64,000 bases of DNA, taken from the NCBI GenBank assembly GCA_949295995.1, contig CASFNK010000064.1, positions 12,627 to 76,626 of the forward strand. Reading direction: 5' to 3'. The DNA comes from an uncultured Pseudomonadota bacterium. Lineage in GTDB: Bacteria > Pseudomonadota > Alphaproteobacteria > RF32 > CAG-239. This document shows positions 1 to 10,468 of the stretch, piece by piece. The notes below the pieces were generated by a model. That model saw only the letters and a program-made list of their open reading frames with translations, did no database searches and was not told where the DNA came from. Within the stretch, counting starts at the first letter, position 1. The number at the start of each line of letters is the position of its first letter. A program made the translations under genes and the position numbers.

Positions 1-348
1 AACTTCGCCGGTTTGGAAGCTACTCACGGTGTGTCTATTTCACACAGATCTCATGGTTCTACAGGACAAAGACAAGATCCCGGTAAAGTATTCAAAGGCA
101 AAAAAATGGCCGGACACATGGGTGATGAACGCGTTACCGTTCAAAACTTGCGTGTCGTCGCTGTTGACAGCTCTAAAGGTTTAATTATGGTTAAAGGTGG
201 CGTTCCCGGTTGTGAAAACGCTTGGGTTCGTGTTACCGATGCTATCAAAAAACCTGCTCATGTTAAATTGCCGATGCCTGCCGGTTTGAAAAAAGTTGAT
301 GAACCTGTTGCAGCTAAAGCTGAAGAAACTTCAGCCGAGAATGCATAA
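1..348 (+). CDS. rplC: 50S ribosomal protein L3 (uL3), C-terminal part; gene continues upstream of the window
   Basis: Frame 1 is open from nt 1. Translation (..[44 protein letters not shown]..) is the conserved C-terminal half of uL3. Followed by rplD-rplW-rplB in canonical S10-operon order. Confidence 0.9.
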   Translation, partial: NFAGLEATHGVSISHRSHGSTGQRQDPGKVFKGKKMAGHMGDERVTVQNLRVVAVDSSKGLIMVKGGVPGCENAWVRVTDAIKKPAHVKLPMPAGLKKVDEPVAAKAEETSAENA

Positions 349-369
349 AAGATATAAGGATTTGAAAAT

Positions 370-990
370 ATGAAACAGGACATCTTAAATCTCGAAAATA
401 AAAATGTCGGCTCTATCGAACTCAATGATGCCATCTTCGGTCTCGAAGTTCGCGCTGATATTTTACACCGGGTTGTTAAATGGCAATTGGCTCGCTTACA
501 AGCTGGTACCCACAAGACCAAAGGTCGTTCAGAAGTTGCTTTGACTCCTGCAAAACCGTTCAAACAAAAAGGTTCTGGTAATGCTCGTCAAGGTTCTCGC
601 AAGGGTACTCAATTCCGTAAAGGTGGCGTTGTATTCGGTCCGGTTGTTCGTGATCATTCTCATGAATTGACCAAGAAATTCAGAAAACTCGGTCTGAAAA
701 CCGCTCTCTCTGCTAAAGCTAAAGAGGGCAACCTCGTTATCTTGGATGAAGCAAAATTGTCAGCTCCGAAAACTAAAGATTTGAAAGCCAAATTGGATGT
801 TTGCGGGTTGAAAAATTGCTTGTTCATCGATGGCAAGGAAGTTGATGTTAATTTCGCTTTGGCCAGCCGTAATATCGCAGGCGTTGACGTTCTGCCGACA
901 ATCGGTGCCAACGTATATGACATCTTAAGAAAAGACAAATTAGTGTTGACTAAAGATGCAGTTAGTTGCTTGGAGGAGAGACTGAAATGA
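370..990 (+). CDS. rplD: 50S ribosomal protein L4 (uL4)
   Basis: 206-aa translation with the uL4 core ([25 protein letters not shown]). Canonical position after rplC. Ends in TGA overlapping the rplW ATG (ATGA). Confidence 0.95.
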   Translation: MKQDILNLENKNVGSIELNDAIFGLEVRADILHRVVKWQLARLQAGTHKTKGRSEVALTPAKPFKQKGSGNARQGSRKGTQFRKGGVVFGPVVRDHSHELTKKFRKLGLKTALSAKAKEGNLVILDEAKLSAPKTKDLKAKLDVCGLKNCLFIDGKEVDVNFALASRNIAGVDVLPTIGANVYDILRKDKLVLTKDAVSCLEERLK

Positions 991-1304
991 GTAAATCAGC
1001 AAAAACAAACAATGTAACCGCAGCTATGTATGATACATTAGTTCGTCCGGTAATCACCGAAAAATCTATGTTGTCTTCCGAAGCCGGCAAAGTAACCTTC
1101 TTGGTTCCGCTGTCTGCCTCTAAAGAAGATGTTAAAGCAGCTGTTGAAGCTCTCTTTAACGTTAAGGTAAATAAGGTGAATACAATTCGTCAATTCGGCA
1201 AAACCAAACGTTTCAGAGGATATGAGGGAACTCGTTCCGACTACAAAAAAGCATTGGTTACTCTTGCCGATGGTCAAAATATTGATGTTACAACAGGAAT
1301 TTAG
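987..1304 (+). CDS. rplW: 50S ribosomal protein L23 (uL23)
   Basis: uL23-like translation ([10 protein letters not shown].., [16 protein letters not shown]). ATG at 987 is preceded by GGAGGAGAG and overlaps the rplD stop. The TTG at 966 given by the ORF track is probably too far upstream. Confidence 0.92.
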   Translation: MSKSAKTNNVTAAMYDTLVRPVITEKSMLSSEAGKVTFLVPLSASKEDVKAAVEALFNVKVNKVNTIRQFGKTKRFRGYEGTRSDYKKALVTLADGQNIDVTTGI

Positions 1305-1307
1305 GAC

Positions 1308-2144
1308 ATGGCTTTAAAAACATATAAGCCCACTTCTCCAGGACTGCGTCAGCTCGTTATCGTTGATAGAAGCGAACTGTACAAAGGTGCTCCTGAGAAG
1401 TCTTTGACAATTGGTCTTACTAAGACCGGTGGGCGTGATAATTTCGGACACGTTACAAGTCGTAGAATCGGTGGCGGACATAAACGCAAACTCCGTATCA
1501 TCGACTTCAAACGTAATAAATTCGATGCTGAGGCAACAGTTGAGAGAATTGAATATGACCCGAATCGTTCGGCCTTCATCGCTTTGGTTAGCTATGAAGA
1601 CGGCGAAAAGGCCTATATCCTCGCTCCTCAAAGATTAAAAGCCGGCGATAAAATCATTTCAGCCGAAAAAGCTGATATTAAGCCGGGTAATGCTATGCCT
1701 TTGAAGAATATGCCGGTTGGTACGATTATTCACAATATTGAGCTCAAAGCCGGAAAAGGAGGACAATTGGTTCGTTCTGCCGGTTGCTATGCTCAAGTTG
1801 TCGGTAAAGACGCCGGTTACGCACAATTGAAACTGAGTTCAGGTGAACTCCGTATCGTTCGTGAAGAATGCTTGGCTACGGTCGGCGCTGTTTCGAACCC
1901 GGATAACCAGAACGCATCTTTGGGTAAAGCCGGACGTACTCGTTGGCTTGGTATCAGACCGCAATCTCGCGGTGTTGCCATGAACCCGGTTGATCACCCG
2001 CATGGTGGTGGTGAAGGCCGTACTTCCGGTGGTCGTCATCCGGTATCTGCTTGGGGTAAACCGACCAAGGGTGCTAAAACTCGTTCTAACAAAAAGACGG
2101 ATCAATACATTATGAGATCTCGTCATGAAAACAAAAAGAAATAG
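1308..2144 (+). CDS. rplB: 50S ribosomal protein L2 (uL2)
   Basis: 278 aa with hallmark uL2 motifs ([45 protein letters not shown]). Confidence 0.97.
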   Translation: MALKTYKPTSPGLRQLVIVDRSELYKGAPEKSLTIGLTKTGGRDNFGHVTSRRIGGGHKRKLRIIDFKRNKFDAEATVERIEYDPNRSAFIALVSYEDGEKAYILAPQRLKAGDKIISAEKADIKPGNAMPLKNMPVGTIIHNIELKAGKGGQLVRSAGCYAQVVGKDAGYAQLKLSSGELRIVREECLATVGAVSNPDNQNASLGKAGRTRWLGIRPQSRGVAMNPVDHPHGGGEGRTSGGRHPVSAWGKPTKGAKTRSNKKTDQYIMRSRHENKKK

Positions 2145-2156
2145 GGAGAAACGCTA

Positions 2157-2435
2157 ATGACACGTTCCGTATGGAAAGGGCCGTTTGTTGATGGCTATCT
2201 TCTGAAGAAAGCTGATAAAGCAAGAGCTTCGGGTCGTAATGAAGTTATTAAAATTTGGTCTCGTCGCTCCACCATGTTGCCACAATTCGTTGGTTTAACA
2301 TTCGGTGTTCACAATGGCCACAAGTTTATCCCTGTTTTGGTTACAGAGGATATGGTCGGCCACAAATTTGGTGAGTTCGCTCCGACCCGTACATTCTATG
2401 GGCACGCAGCTGACAAAAAGGCTAAGAGAGGTTAA
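2157..2435 (+). CDS. rpsS: 30S ribosomal protein S19 (uS19)
   Basis: 92 aa; [37 protein letters not shown] is the typical uS19 sequence. Confidence 0.97.
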   Translation: MTRSVWKGPFVDGYLLKKADKARASGRNEVIKIWSRRSTMLPQFVGLTFGVHNGHKFIPVLVTEDMVGHKFGEFAPTRTFYGHAADKKAKRG

Positions 2436-2437
2436 TT

Positions 2438-2812
2438 ATGGCAAAGTCTAATAATGAAAGAAGAGTTGCTGCAAATCAAGCTATGGCTGTTTGCAATTCT
2501 CTCCGCACCAGCCCTCGCAAGCTCAATCTGGTCGCTCAATCAATTCGTGGTTTGCATGTTGAAAAGGCTGTTGCTGAATTGAGCTTCTCTAAGAAGAGAA
2601 TCGCAAAAGCCGCTTTGGCTGTATTGCAATCTGCAATCGCCAATGCTGAAAACAACCACCAATTAAATATCGACAAACTTTATGTTAGTGAAGCTTATGT
2701 CGGTAAAGGTTTAGTAATGAAACGTATGCACGCACGTGGTCGTGGTCGCGGAGCAAGAGTTTTGAAACCTTTCTCTAACCTGACTATCGTTGTTACAGAG
2801 CGTGGGGAGTAA
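2438..2812 (+). CDS. rplV: 50S ribosomal protein L22 (uL22)
   Basis: 124-aa uL22-like translation ([38 protein letters not shown]). Canonical order. Confidence 0.95.
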   Translation: MAKSNNERRVAANQAMAVCNSLRTSPRKLNLVAQSIRGLHVEKAVAELSFSKKRIAKAALAVLQSAIANAENNHQLNIDKLYVSEAYVGKGLVMKRMHARGRGRGARVLKPFSNLTIVVTERGE

Positions 2813-2816
2813 GTTA

Positions 2817-3485
2817 ATGGGACAAAAAGTAAATCCTACAGGTCTTCGTTTAGGTGTTAACCGCACTTGGGACTCTCGTTGGTATGCAGATGATAAGTTC
2901 ACTGATTACCTCCACGAAGATTTGAAAATTAAAGAGTTCTTGAAGAAGAAATTGGCTCAAGCCGGTATCAGCAGAATCGTTATTGAACGTCCTGCTAAAA
3001 AAGCTAGAGTTACTATTCACTCTGCAAGACCGGGTGTCGTTATCGGCAAAAAAGGTCAGGATATTGAACTTTTGAGAAAAGAAATCCAAAAGATGACTGA
3101 TTCTGAAGTTCAATTGAATATTCTGGAAGTCAGAAAACCTGAACTCGATGCTCAGTTGGTTGCCGACTCCGTTGCTCAACAATTGGAAAGACGTGTTGCT
3201 TTCCGTCGCGCAATGAAGAGAGTTATGCAATCCGCTTTGCGTTTGGGTGCTGAAGGTATTAAGGTTAGCTGCTCAGGTCGTTTAGGCGGCGCTGAAATCG
3301 CTCGTACCGAATATTACCGTGAGGGTCGCGTTCCTCTGCACACATTGCGTGCCGATATTGATTACGCAACCTCTACCGCTCACACAACTTATGGCGCTTG
3401 CGGCGTTAAAGTTTGGATCTATAAAGGCGAAATTATGGCTCACGATCCGATGGCGCAAGACAAGAAATTAGCCGAGCAGAAGTAA
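2817..3485 (+). CDS. rpsC: 30S ribosomal protein S3 (uS3)
   Basis: [24 protein letters not shown].. is the canonical uS3 N-terminus. ATG at 2817 follows GGGGAG. The track start at 2790 would overlap the rplV end. Confidence 0.95.
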   Translation: MGQKVNPTGLRLGVNRTWDSRWYADDKFTDYLHEDLKIKEFLKKKLAQAGISRIVIERPAKKARVTIHSARPGVVIGKKGQDIELLRKEIQKMTDSEVQLNILEVRKPELDAQLVADSVAQQLERRVAFRRAMKRVMQSALRLGAEGIKVSCSGRLGGAEIARTEYYREGRVPLHTLRADIDYATSTAHTTYGACGVKVWIYKGEIMAHDPMAQDKKLAEQK

Positions 3486-3497
3486 AGGTAAAAAGAT

Positions 3498-3926
3498 ATG
3501 TTAAGTCCAAAAAGATTAAAGTTCCGCAAGCAGCATAAAGGCCGTATTCACGGTAATGCTAAAGGCGGTACCGAATTGAGTTTCGGTTCCTTCGGTCTGA
3601 AAGCTCTGACTCCGGATCGTATTACAGCTCGCCAAATCGAGGCTGCTCGTCGTGCGATTACTCGTGAGATGAAAAGAGCCGGTAGACTCTGGATTCGTAT
3701 TTTCCCGGATGTTCCGGTATCTGATAAACCTGCTGAAGTCCGTATGGGTAAAGGTAAAGGTTCTGTTGAATACTGGTGCGCAAGGGTTCACCCGGGTCGT
3801 ATTTTGTTCGAATGTGAAGGTATTGATGAGGAAACCGCACGTGGTGCATTTGCTCTCGGTGCTGCTAAACTGCCGATCAAGACCAAGTTTATTAAACGCT
3901 TGAACTCTGATAAGGGAGAAGCATAA
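3498..3926 (+). CDS. rplP: 50S ribosomal protein L16 (uL16)
   Basis: [24 protein letters not shown].. is the canonical uL16 N-terminus; 142 aa. Confidence 0.97.
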   Translation: MLSPKRLKFRKQHKGRIHGNAKGGTELSFGSFGLKALTPDRITARQIEAARRAITREMKRAGRLWIRIFPDVPVSDKPAEVRMGKGKGSVEYWCARVHPGRILFECEGIDEETARGAFALGAAKLPIKTKFIKRLNSDKGEA

Positions 3927-4123
3927 TGTTAAAAATTAAAGATCTTCGTGCTATGTCATCAGATGAGTTGGAAGCTAAATTGCTCGAAAAGAAAAAAGAA
4001 CAATTTAATTTGAGAATCCAACAATCTACTGGACAATTACAAAATACTGCTGTAATAAGAAGTGTCCGTCGTGAAATAGCAAAAATCAACACGCTCCTCG
4101 CTGAGCGCAAGAAGAATAATTAG
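3926..4123 (+). CDS. rpmC: 50S ribosomal protein L29 (uL29)
   Basis: 65-aa helical protein ([28 protein letters not shown]) at the canonical position. Its start overlaps the rplP stop. Confidence 0.93.
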   Translation: MLKIKDLRAMSSDELEAKLLEKKKEQFNLRIQQSTGQLQNTAVIRSVRREIAKINTLLAERKKNN

Positions 4124-4134
4124 GAGAAAAAGAT

Positions 4135-4371
4135 ATGCCTAAAAGAATTCTTCAAGGTGTTGTTGTTAGTGATAAACAGGATAAAACCGTCGTGGTCAGC
4201 GTAGAGCGTCAGGTTATGCACCCTGTTTATAAGAAGTTCGTTAAGAGAAGCAAAAAATATGCTGCTCATGATGAAAATAATCAGTTCAAAGTTGGTGATA
4301 TCGTTAAGATTGAAGAATCCAGACCTTATTCTAAAACCAAGACTTGGACTGTTGTCAGTGATAACGCCTAG
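4135..4371 (+). CDS. rpsQ: 30S ribosomal protein S17 (uS17)
   Basis: 78 aa; [42 protein letters not shown] is typical uS17. Confidence 0.95.
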   Translation: MPKRILQGVVVSDKQDKTVVVSVERQVMHPVYKKFVKRSKKYAAHDENNQFKVGDIVKIEESRPYSKTKTWTVVSDNA

Positions 4372-4389
4372 AGAAAAGGAAGTAAAACA

Positions 4390-4758
4390 ATGATACAGAT
4401 GCAAACCAACCTGGATGTTGCAGATAATTCAGGAGCACGTCAGGTGCAGTGCATTAAGGTTCTTGGAGGCTCCAAGAGAATGCATGCTTCTGTGGGTGAT
4501 GTTATCGTCGTTTCTATTAAAGACGCTTTGCCGAAAGGCCGCGTTAAAAAAGGCGACGTATGCAAAGCTGTAATCGTTCGCACAGCAAGCGACATTAGAC
4601 GCAAAGACGGTTCCGTTATCCGCTTTGACAGTAATGCTGCAGTTCTCATCAATAAAGACGGTGAGCCAATCGGTACTCGTATCTTTGGCCCTGTTACCAG
4701 AGAATTGCGTGCGAAGAAATTTATGAAAATAATTTCATTGGCACCGGAGGTATTGTAA
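4390..4758 (+). CDS. rplN: 50S ribosomal protein L14 (uL14)
   Basis: [28 protein letters not shown].. is the canonical uL14 sequence; 122 aa. Confidence 0.97.
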   Translation: MIQMQTNLDVADNSGARQVQCIKVLGGSKRMHASVGDVIVVSIKDALPKGRVKKGDVCKAVIVRTASDIRRKDGSVIRFDSNAAVLINKDGEPIGTRIFGPVTRELRAKKFMKIISLAPEVL

Positions 4759-5081
4759 TGAGCCTTAAATTGAAAATCAAAAAAGGTGATCAGGTAATTG
4801 TCATCAGTGGTGATGACAAAGGTAAAACTGGTGAAGTTGTTAAAGCTATGCCGAGTGAAGGTAAAGTGGTTGTTCAAGGTGTTAACTTGGTTAAAAGACA
4901 CACCAAACCCAGCCAAACAAATCCTGGCGGCATCATCACCAAAGAAGCCCCGATCAATGTTTCCAATGTTGCTATCGTTGACCCGAAATCTGGTAAGGCC
5001 AGCAAAGTTGGTTACAAAGAAGTAAACGGAAACAAAGTCCGCTTTGCTCGTAAATCCGGTGAAGTAATCGAGAAGAAATAG
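4758..5081 (+). CDS. rplX: 50S ribosomal protein L24 (uL24)
   Basis: KOW motif region [23 protein letters not shown]; canonical position; 107 aa. Confidence 0.95.
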   Translation: MSLKLKIKKGDQVIVISGDDKGKTGEVVKAMPSEGKVVVQGVNLVKRHTKPSQTNPGGIITKEAPINVSNVAIVDPKSGKASKVGYKEVNGNKVRFARKSGEVIEKK

Positions 5082-5091
5082 GAGAAATTTT

Positions 5092-5631
5092 ATGACAAAC
5101 TTTGAAAAATTATATAATGACGTCATAAAGAAATCTCTGGTGGAAAAATTCGGTTACAAGAACCCACACGAGATTCCAAAGTTGACGAAAATTGTCTTGA
5201 ACATGGGTGTCGGCGACGCCGTTACAGACAAGAAAAAATTGAATAACGCTGTAGAAGAAATGGCTTTGATTGCCGGTCAAAAACCGGTCGTTACCAAAGC
5301 TCGTAAGTCTATCGCTACTTTCAAATTGAGAGAAGATATGCCGATTGGCTGCAAGGTTACTCTGCGTTCTGACAGAATGTACGAATTCCTTGAAAGACTG
5401 GTTAATATGGCTTTGCCGCGCATCAGAGACTTTCACGGTATTTCCGGCAAAAACTTTGATGGTCGAGGCAACTTCGCTTTCGGTATCAAAGAACAAATCA
5501 TCTTTCCGGAAATCAACTATGAAAAAGTTGAAAATGTTCGCGGTATGGATATCGTGATTTGTACATCGGCTAGAACCGACGAAGAAGCTAAATTGCTTCT
5601 CGATGGTTTTAATATGCCTATCAAGAAATAA
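5092..5631 (+). CDS. rplE: 50S ribosomal protein L5 (uL5)
   Basis: 179-aa uL5-like translation ([18 protein letters not shown].., [18 protein letters not shown]). Confidence 0.97.
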   Translation: MTNFEKLYNDVIKKSLVEKFGYKNPHEIPKLTKIVLNMGVGDAVTDKKKLNNAVEEMALIAGQKPVVTKARKSIATFKLREDMPIGCKVTLRSDRMYEFLERLVNMALPRIRDFHGISGKNFDGRGNFAFGIKEQIIFPEINYEKVENVRGMDIVICTSARTDEEAKLLLDGFNMPIKK

Positions 5632-5645
5632 GCGGAGATTTTACT

Positions 5646-5951
5646 ATGGCAAAAACAAGTTCAGTTTACAGAAACTTGAAAAGAGTTAAGATGGCTCAAA
5701 AATTTAACAATCGCCGTCAAAAACTCAAAGATATCGTTATGGATAAAAATGCTTCTCCGGAAGAAAGATTCCAAGCGACATTGAAATTGGCAGAACTGCC
5801 TCGCAACTCAGCTAAAAACAGAATCAGAAATCGTTGCAAGCTGACAGGTCGTTCTCGTAGTTATTACAGGAAGTTCGGTGTAAGCCGTGTCGAATTAAGA
5901 GATATGGCTAGCTTCGGCGAGATTCCTGGTTTAGTAAAATCAAGCTGGTAG
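5646..5951 (+). CDS. rpsN: 30S ribosomal protein S14 (uS14), long form
   Basis: 101 aa; ..[41 protein letters not shown] is the typical uS14 C-terminus. Confidence 0.95.
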   Translation: MAKTSSVYRNLKRVKMAQKFNNRRQKLKDIVMDKNASPEERFQATLKLAELPRNSAKNRIRNRCKLTGRSRSYYRKFGVSRVELRDMASFGEIPGLVKSSW

Positions 5952-5963
5952 GAGGTTACAGTC

Positions 5964-6362
5964 ATGTCTATGTCTGATACTTTGGGCGATATGCTCACAC
6001 GCATTAGAAACGCACAAAGAGCGAAGAAGAGTGAAGTTGTATCACCGGCCTCTCGCTTGCGTGAAAATGTTTTGGAAGTTCTCAAAAGAGAAGGTTACAT
6101 TGAAGGCTTTGAAAGAGTCAATGTTAAACCCGGTATCGATGAACTCCATATCAAATTGAAGTATCATGAAGGTACTTCAGTAATAACTGAAATTTACCGT
6201 GTTTCTACTCCGGGTCGTCGCGTTTATTCAAGCGTTAAAGATTTACCGAGAGTTTACAACGGGCTTGGTATTTCTATCATCTCTACCCCAAGCGGTGTTA
6301 TGAGTGATCATGAAGCCAGAAAAGCCAACGTTGGCGGTGAAATTCTTTGTCAAGTATTCTAG
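5964..6362 (+). CDS. rpsH: 30S ribosomal protein S8 (uS8)
   Basis: [22 protein letters not shown].. is the canonical uS8 N-terminus; 132 aa. Confidence 0.96.
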   Translation: MSMSDTLGDMLTRIRNAQRAKKSEVVSPASRLRENVLEVLKREGYIEGFERVNVKPGIDELHIKLKYHEGTSVITEIYRVSTPGRRVYSSVKDLPRVYNGLGISIISTPSGVMSDHEARKANVGGEILCQVF

Positions 6363-6374
6363 GGGAGAAAATGG

Positions 6375-6914
6375 ATGTCTAGAGTAGGAAAATATCCTGT
6401 TATCGTCCCTAATGGTGTTACCGTTACCATTAACAATAATGTTGTTACGGCTAAAGGTAAATTAGGTGAACTCAGCTACACTTATGACGATGGTCATGTC
6501 GTAGCTAAATTGGAAGACAACAAAGTTGTAGTTTCTCCCTTGTCTGACAGCAAACAAGCCAGAACTTTGTGGGGAACAACCAGAGCCCAAATTAACACTA
6601 TGGTTAAAGGTGTAAGCGAAGGCTTTAAAAAAGAGTTGGAACTCGTCGGTGTAGGTTATAAAGCACGCGTTGAAGGCAGCCACAAGGTTGTTTTGTCTTT
6701 GGGATTCTCTCATGATGTTAATTTTGAGGCTCCGAAAGAAATTACTTTGGCTTGCCCGAGCCCAACCCAAATTACCGTCTCTGGTGCCGATAAACAGCTA
6801 GTTGGTCAAATTGCCGCGGAAATTCGCAAATACAGAAAACCTGAACCTTACAAAGGTAAGGGTGTTAAATACACTGGCGAATACGTCCGTCGTAAAGAAG
6901 GTAAGAAGAAATAA
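6375..6914 (+). CDS. rplF: 50S ribosomal protein L6 (uL6)
   Basis: MSRVGKYPVIVPNGVTVTI.. and C-terminal RKPEPYKGKGVKY match uL6; 179 aa. Confidence 0.96.
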   Translation: MSRVGKYPVIVPNGVTVTINNNVVTAKGKLGELSYTYDDGHVVAKLEDNKVVVSPLSDSKQARTLWGTTRAQINTMVKGVSEGFKKELELVGVGYKARVEGSHKVVLSLGFSHDVNFEAPKEITLACPSPTQITVSGADKQLVGQIAAEIRKYRKPEPYKGKGVKYTGEYVRRKEGKKK

Positions 6915-6925
6915 GGATTAATTAG

Positions 6926-7288
6926 ATGAATACGCCAAGAGAATTATTTCAAAAAAGAAAAGCTCGCATCAGAACAGCTTTGAAAAACGCTGCTAACGGC
7001 AAATTAAGATTGTCTGTTTTCCGCAGCGGTAAGCACATCTATGCGCAAATCATTGATGACGTAAAAGGTTCTACTGTTGTTTCTGCTTCCACCTTGGATA
7101 AAGAAATTCGTGAGAACGTTAAAAAATCATCTACAGTTGAAGCAGCCAGCTATATCGGTAAAGTCATTGCTGAAAGAGCTGCTAAATCCGGTGTTAGTGA
7201 AGTCGTATTCGATAGAGGCGGCTACATCTATCATGGTCGTGTTAAAGCTCTGGCAGACGCTGCTCGCGCCGCTGGTTTGAAATTCTAG
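6926..7288 (+). CDS. rplR: 50S ribosomal protein L18 (uL18)
   Basis: 120 aa; [17 protein letters not shown].., [28 protein letters not shown] are typical of uL18. Confidence 0.95.
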   Translation: MNTPRELFQKRKARIRTALKNAANGKLRLSVFRSGKHIYAQIIDDVKGSTVVSASTLDKEIRENVKKSSTVEAASYIGKVIAERAAKSGVSEVVFDRGGYIYHGRVKALADAARAAGLKF

Positions 7289-7299
7289 GAGTTTAGGAA

Positions 7300-7866
7300 A
7301 TGGCACAAACTGCAGATCGTCGCAATAAAGTCGAAAAGAAAGATGAATTAGTTGAAAAATTAGTTCATATCAACCGCGTTGCCAAGACCGTTAAGGGCGG
7401 ACGTAATATGTCTTTTGCCGCTGTCGTTGTCGTTGGTGACCAAAAAGGTCGTGTTGGTTATGGTTCCGGTAAAGCTACGGAAGTTCCTGACGCTATTACC
7501 AAAGCTACCAATGAAGCCAAAAAGAATATGGTTCGCATTCCGTTAAGAGAAGGCAGAACTCTGCACCATGATGTTGCCGGTCGTTTCGGTGCCGGTAAGG
7601 TCGTTTTGAGAACTGCTCCTGCTGGTACCGGTGTTATTGCCGGTGGCCCGATGCGTGCTATCTTTGAAGTATTAGGTGTTCAAGACGTTGTTGCTAAATC
7701 ATTGGGCTCTAACAACCCTTACAATATGATTAAAGCTACTTTCAACGCTTTGGAAGCTATCAATTCTCCTCGCATGGTTGCTGCTAAACGCGGCAAGAAA
7801 GTCGGAGATATCGTTAGTCGCCGCGAAAATACAGCTAATGCTAAATTGGAAAAAGAGGAGGCATAA
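7300..7866 (+). CDS. rpsE: 30S ribosomal protein S5 (uS5)
   Basis: 188 aa; [36 protein letters not shown] is the uS5 core motif. Confidence 0.96.
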   Translation: MAQTADRRNKVEKKDELVEKLVHINRVAKTVKGGRNMSFAAVVVVGDQKGRVGYGSGKATEVPDAITKATNEAKKNMVRIPLREGRTLHHDVAGRFGAGKVVLRTAPAGTGVIAGGPMRAIFEVLGVQDVVAKSLGSNNPYNMIKATFNALEAINSPRMVAAKRGKKVGDIVSRRENTANAKLEKEEA

Positions 7867-7869
7867 TCA

Positions 7870-8052
7870 ATGGCTAAGAAAACTATTAAAGTTACTCAAA
7901 TCGGAAGTCCTATCGGACGTCCTAAAGTTCAAGGTGCTACCTTAAAAGGTTTGGGCTTGAACAAAATGGGTAAAACCGTTGAGTTAGAAGATACTCCTTC
8001 TATCCGTGGAATGATTAATAAGATTCCCCACTTGGTAAAAGTTGAGGAATAG
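7870..8052 (+). CDS. rpmD: 50S ribosomal protein L30 (uL30)
   Basis: 60 aa; [43 protein letters not shown] is typical uL30. Confidence 0.93.
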   Translation: MAKKTIKVTQIGSPIGRPKVQGATLKGLGLNKMGKTVELEDTPSIRGMINKIPHLVKVEE

Positions 8053-8178
8053 GCTTTGCAAAATAAGCCTCAAGTTGCCGAATTTGAGCCCTTGTGTACT
8101 ACAATGTACACGACGGCCTCAACTTCAACAACAGCAGGCTCATTTATCAAAGTCCTAATATGAATTAAGGTGAAAAAA

Positions 8179-8637
8179 ATGAAACTTAATGAATTAAAAG
8201 ACAACGAAGGTGCTACCTCCCGCCGTATCCGCGTTGGTCGCGGTATCGGAAGCGGCAAAGGTAAAACCTGCGGACGCGGCCAAAAAGGTCAAAAGTCTCG
8301 TTCAGGTGTTGCCGTACACGGTTTTGAAGGTGGTCAAATGCCGATTTATCGTCGTTTGCCGAAACGTGGTTTCAAAAATCCGTTTGCTAAAGAATTCGCA
8401 GTTGTTAACTTGGATACGATTCAAAAAGCTGTTGATGCCGGAAAATTGTCGGCAGATGCTATCGATTTGGCTTCTTTGATGAATGCCGGTATTGTTACCA
8501 AGAGCTTGGACGGTGTTCGTTTGTTGGCTCGCGGTGCTATCACCAGCAAAGTTAACGTTTCTGTTAATTCTGCTTCTAAGGCTGCTATTGCCGCTGTTGA
8601 AAAAGCAGGTGGTAAAGTTACCCTTATCGAAGCCTAA
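8179..8637 (+). CDS. rplO: 50S ribosomal protein L15 (uL15)
   Basis: [43 protein letters not shown] is the canonical uL15 N-terminus. ATG 8179 lies 7 nt after AAGGTG. The track start (GTG 8170) adds 3 residues and is less likely. Confidence 0.94.
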   Translation: MKLNELKDNEGATSRRIRVGRGIGSGKGKTCGRGQKGQKSRSGVAVHGFEGGQMPIYRRLPKRGFKNPFAKEFAVVNLDTIQKAVDAGKLSADAIDLASLMNAGIVTKSLDGVRLLARGAITSKVNVSVNSASKAAIAAVEKAGGKVTLIEA

Positions 8638-8661
8638 GAGACAAACGCTTAGAGATAAAAA

Positions 8662-8689
8662 ACCTCTCCTTATGGGAGAGGTTTTTTTT
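8662..8689 (+). terminator. Rho-independent terminator directly after rplO
   Basis: 8-bp stem ACCTCTCC (8662-8669) / GGAGAGGT (8675-8682), short loop, followed by a run of 8 T. Confidence 0.7.
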
Positions 8690-8748
8690 GTTGCAATGGT
8701 GACAAAATATGATATAGAAATCTTAAAATATTTATTATTCTAAAATTA

Positions 8749-9297
8749 TTGATTATGGAAAAGAACTTTAGAGTGAAACCGGGGATGTTTTGTTATGAGG
8801 ACCGAACATTTTCTGAAGAATTAGTGACGGGAAAGACTGTCAGCGGTATTGTAGGGTATGTTGAAGCACATCGGGCTCTGGTGGTTTGTTTGCATGAGAA
8901 AAAATTGCCATGGTCCAGTAGTGGCTTGATGGTTTTTGATATTCGGTTGGTTCGTGACGGGAAAGCAGCCACCGAGAAAATTTTGAAAGCTATGCAAAAT
9001 TCAGATTCTTTATCTGAAGCGGCTTTATGGTGTGTAGAGTATCATCAAGATGGGGTTAATAAAGGAGAGGCTTTTTTACCTTTTGATGATGAATTACAAA
9101 AATTAAGCGAGCATTATTTTACTATTAATCGTGCCTTGAAGTGTTTGAAAATGCCAGAGATGGACGGATGGCATTGGTCGTCTCGAGAATGTAATTTTGG
9201 ACAAGTGTGGAAAGTACGAATGTATAATGGGCATGCTTGGCATGAGGATAAAACAGCTTTACGCCATGTTAGACCGGTTTTCTGGGTCGCTTTTTAG
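8749..9297 (+). CDS. Hypothetical protein, DUF1566-like (Lcl C-terminal domain-like), no signal peptide; paralogue of 14983..15663
   Basis: 182-aa ORF (TTG 8749 or ATG 8755). Clear paralogy with ORF 14983..15663. Motif order GIVGYV..LPW..GEAFLPFDDELQKL..GWHWSS..VRPVFWV resembles DUF1566. Own terminator downstream. Confidence 0.65.
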   Translation: MIMEKNFRVKPGMFCYEDRTFSEELVTGKTVSGIVGYVEAHRALVVCLHEKKLPWSSSGLMVFDIRLVRDGKAATEKILKAMQNSDSLSEAALWCVEYHQDGVNKGEAFLPFDDELQKLSEHYFTINRALKCLKMPEMDGWHWSSRECNFGQVWKVRMYNGHAWHEDKTALRHVRPVFWVAF

Positions 9298-9307
9298 TTA
9301 GAACACA

Positions 9308-9341
9308 AGAGTTTGGATTGAAACGTCCAGACTCTTTTTTT
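9308..9341 (+). terminator. Rho-independent terminator
   Basis: 10-bp stem AGAGTTTGGA / TCCAGACTCT (one G-U pair) followed by T7. Confidence 0.65.
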
Positions 9342-9456
9342 GAAATTTAGACAAAAAATGCTTGTGTGAGGGGTGAAAGTGTGATATATTCCGATTTAGT
9401 GAGATAAGAATTATGAATTTATTAACCGAGGTTTCGTTCTATAAAAGTTAGGATAG

Positions 9457-9675
9457 ATGCCTCATAAAATTAAAAAAGACATGGAAAAAATTGAAAAAAC
9501 AGGGTATGCGTTTTTGGTAATTGCAGAAGTGGCAATTATTGCATTTTGGATTGCCGGAATAAATGACAAGTTAGACTTAGCCGCTATATTTTTCACCCTT
9601 GGAGGTGTAGCTAGCGGTCTGACCCTTGGTTGTTTGGGCTTACATGCCTTAAGGAAGCGTAGCCGAGGCTACTAA
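9457..9675 (+). CDS. Small hypothetical membrane protein (two predicted TM helices)
   Basis: 72-aa ORF with a charged N-terminus (KIKKDMEKIEK) and two hydrophobic stretches (AFLVIAEVAIIAFWIAG; AAIFFTLGGVASGLTLGCLGL). Weak AGGA-like RBS. No family recognised. Confidence 0.45.
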   Translation: MPHKIKKDMEKIEKTGYAFLVIAEVAIIAFWIAGINDKLDLAAIFFTLGGVASGLTLGCLGLHALRKRSRGY

Positions 9676-9697
9676 ATCCATATCCCTCAAAAAAAGC

Positions 9698-9735
9698 AAA
9701 AGAGTGGTTTGAAAAAACAAACCACTCTTTTTTTG
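9698..9735. terminator. Bidirectional intrinsic terminator between convergent ORFs
   Basis: 13-bp perfect stem AAAGAGTGGTTTG / CAAACCACTCTTT with an A6 loop, A-run upstream and T-run downstream. Sits between the 3' ends of 9457..9675 (+) and 9737..10264 (-). Confidence 0.72.
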
Positions 9736-9736
9736 T

Positions 9737-10264
9737 TTAAGCAAAAATTTTGTAGCGTGACAGTTTTGTTTGCAGAGCTTGTTCAAGGTTTTGTGTTCCT
9801 TTGTCACCCAAAGTCTTTTGGGTGGGATTTTTCTCAAAATATTTGGAGAGAAGGTTGGCCTCTATGCGGGATAAAAAGAGCCTTTTGCAATCAAGCTTCA
9901 GATATTCATCTTGTTTAAATAGATGGTAGAGCTTCAAGCCGTAAGCAAAATTATAAGCCATTACAGTTCCGGAGATGAGATATTTCAAAGTTTCGCGGAA
10001 AAGGTTTGGTTCATCCAGAAATTCCTTAAAGCAAGTGTTGAACTGAGCCTTGATTTTGGCTTTTTGCTCGTCGTGCCTTTCTGTTTGATTAAACAGAGGG
10101 TCTAATCCAAACATTTCTTGCAAGTCAATCGAAAAGTGAATGATTGCCCGTGCGTAAGCCTCTTTAAACAAGCGTTTGAAGTTTACTTCAGTGCAAAGTA
10201 TCGGACTATTGGTCTGATACACATGAAGAAGCTGATAATTTAATTTTTTTGTTCTTTTTTTCAT
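9737..10264 (-). CDS. Hypothetical protein (orphan, predicted helical)
   Basis: 175-aa ORF on the strand opposite to the ribosomal operon, ending at the bidirectional terminator. No recognisable motif. Confidence 0.55.
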   Translation of the reverse strand: MKKRTKKLNYQLLHVYQTNSPILCTEVNFKRLFKEAYARAIIHFSIDLQEMFGLDPLFNQTERHDEQKAKIKAQFNTCFKEFLDEPNLFRETLKYLISGTVMAYNFAYGLKLYHLFKQDEYLKLDCKRLFLSRIEANLLSKYFEKNPTQKTLGDKGTQNLEQALQTKLSRYKIFA

Positions 10265-10440
10265 AAAGTCAAATTATTTAACATTAATAATAAAAAGTTG
10301 TGTAATGCTTATAGGGTAATTTGTTTGAGATGTAAAGAGTTATTTAGGTGTATGTATGGGGGTAAAAATTGTATCTTTTCCCAAATTAAAGATAAAGGTG
10401 CTTTTTTTGAGGGAAACTGTGCAACTGCTGGATAATTTAG

Positions 10441-10468
10441 TTGAATTAAAAATTTTTTAGTGTATTAA
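10441..10468 (+). promoter_or_regulatory. Candidate sigma-70-type promoter for secY-adk
   Basis: TTGAAT (10441-10446), 16-nt spacer, TATTAA (10463-10468), about 70 nt upstream of the secY ATG in a 270-bp AT-rich spacer. Confidence 0.4.

Noticed and set aside
258-8479. Many 60-230-aa ORFs antisense to, or in alternative frames of, the ribosomal protein genes (for example 4440..5126 minus strand at 228 aa, 258..563, 1314..1631, 2850..3230).
   Set aside because: They lie entirely within strongly conserved r-protein genes. They have low-complexity or unrecognisable translations and no RBS context. They are shadow ORFs produced by codon bias.
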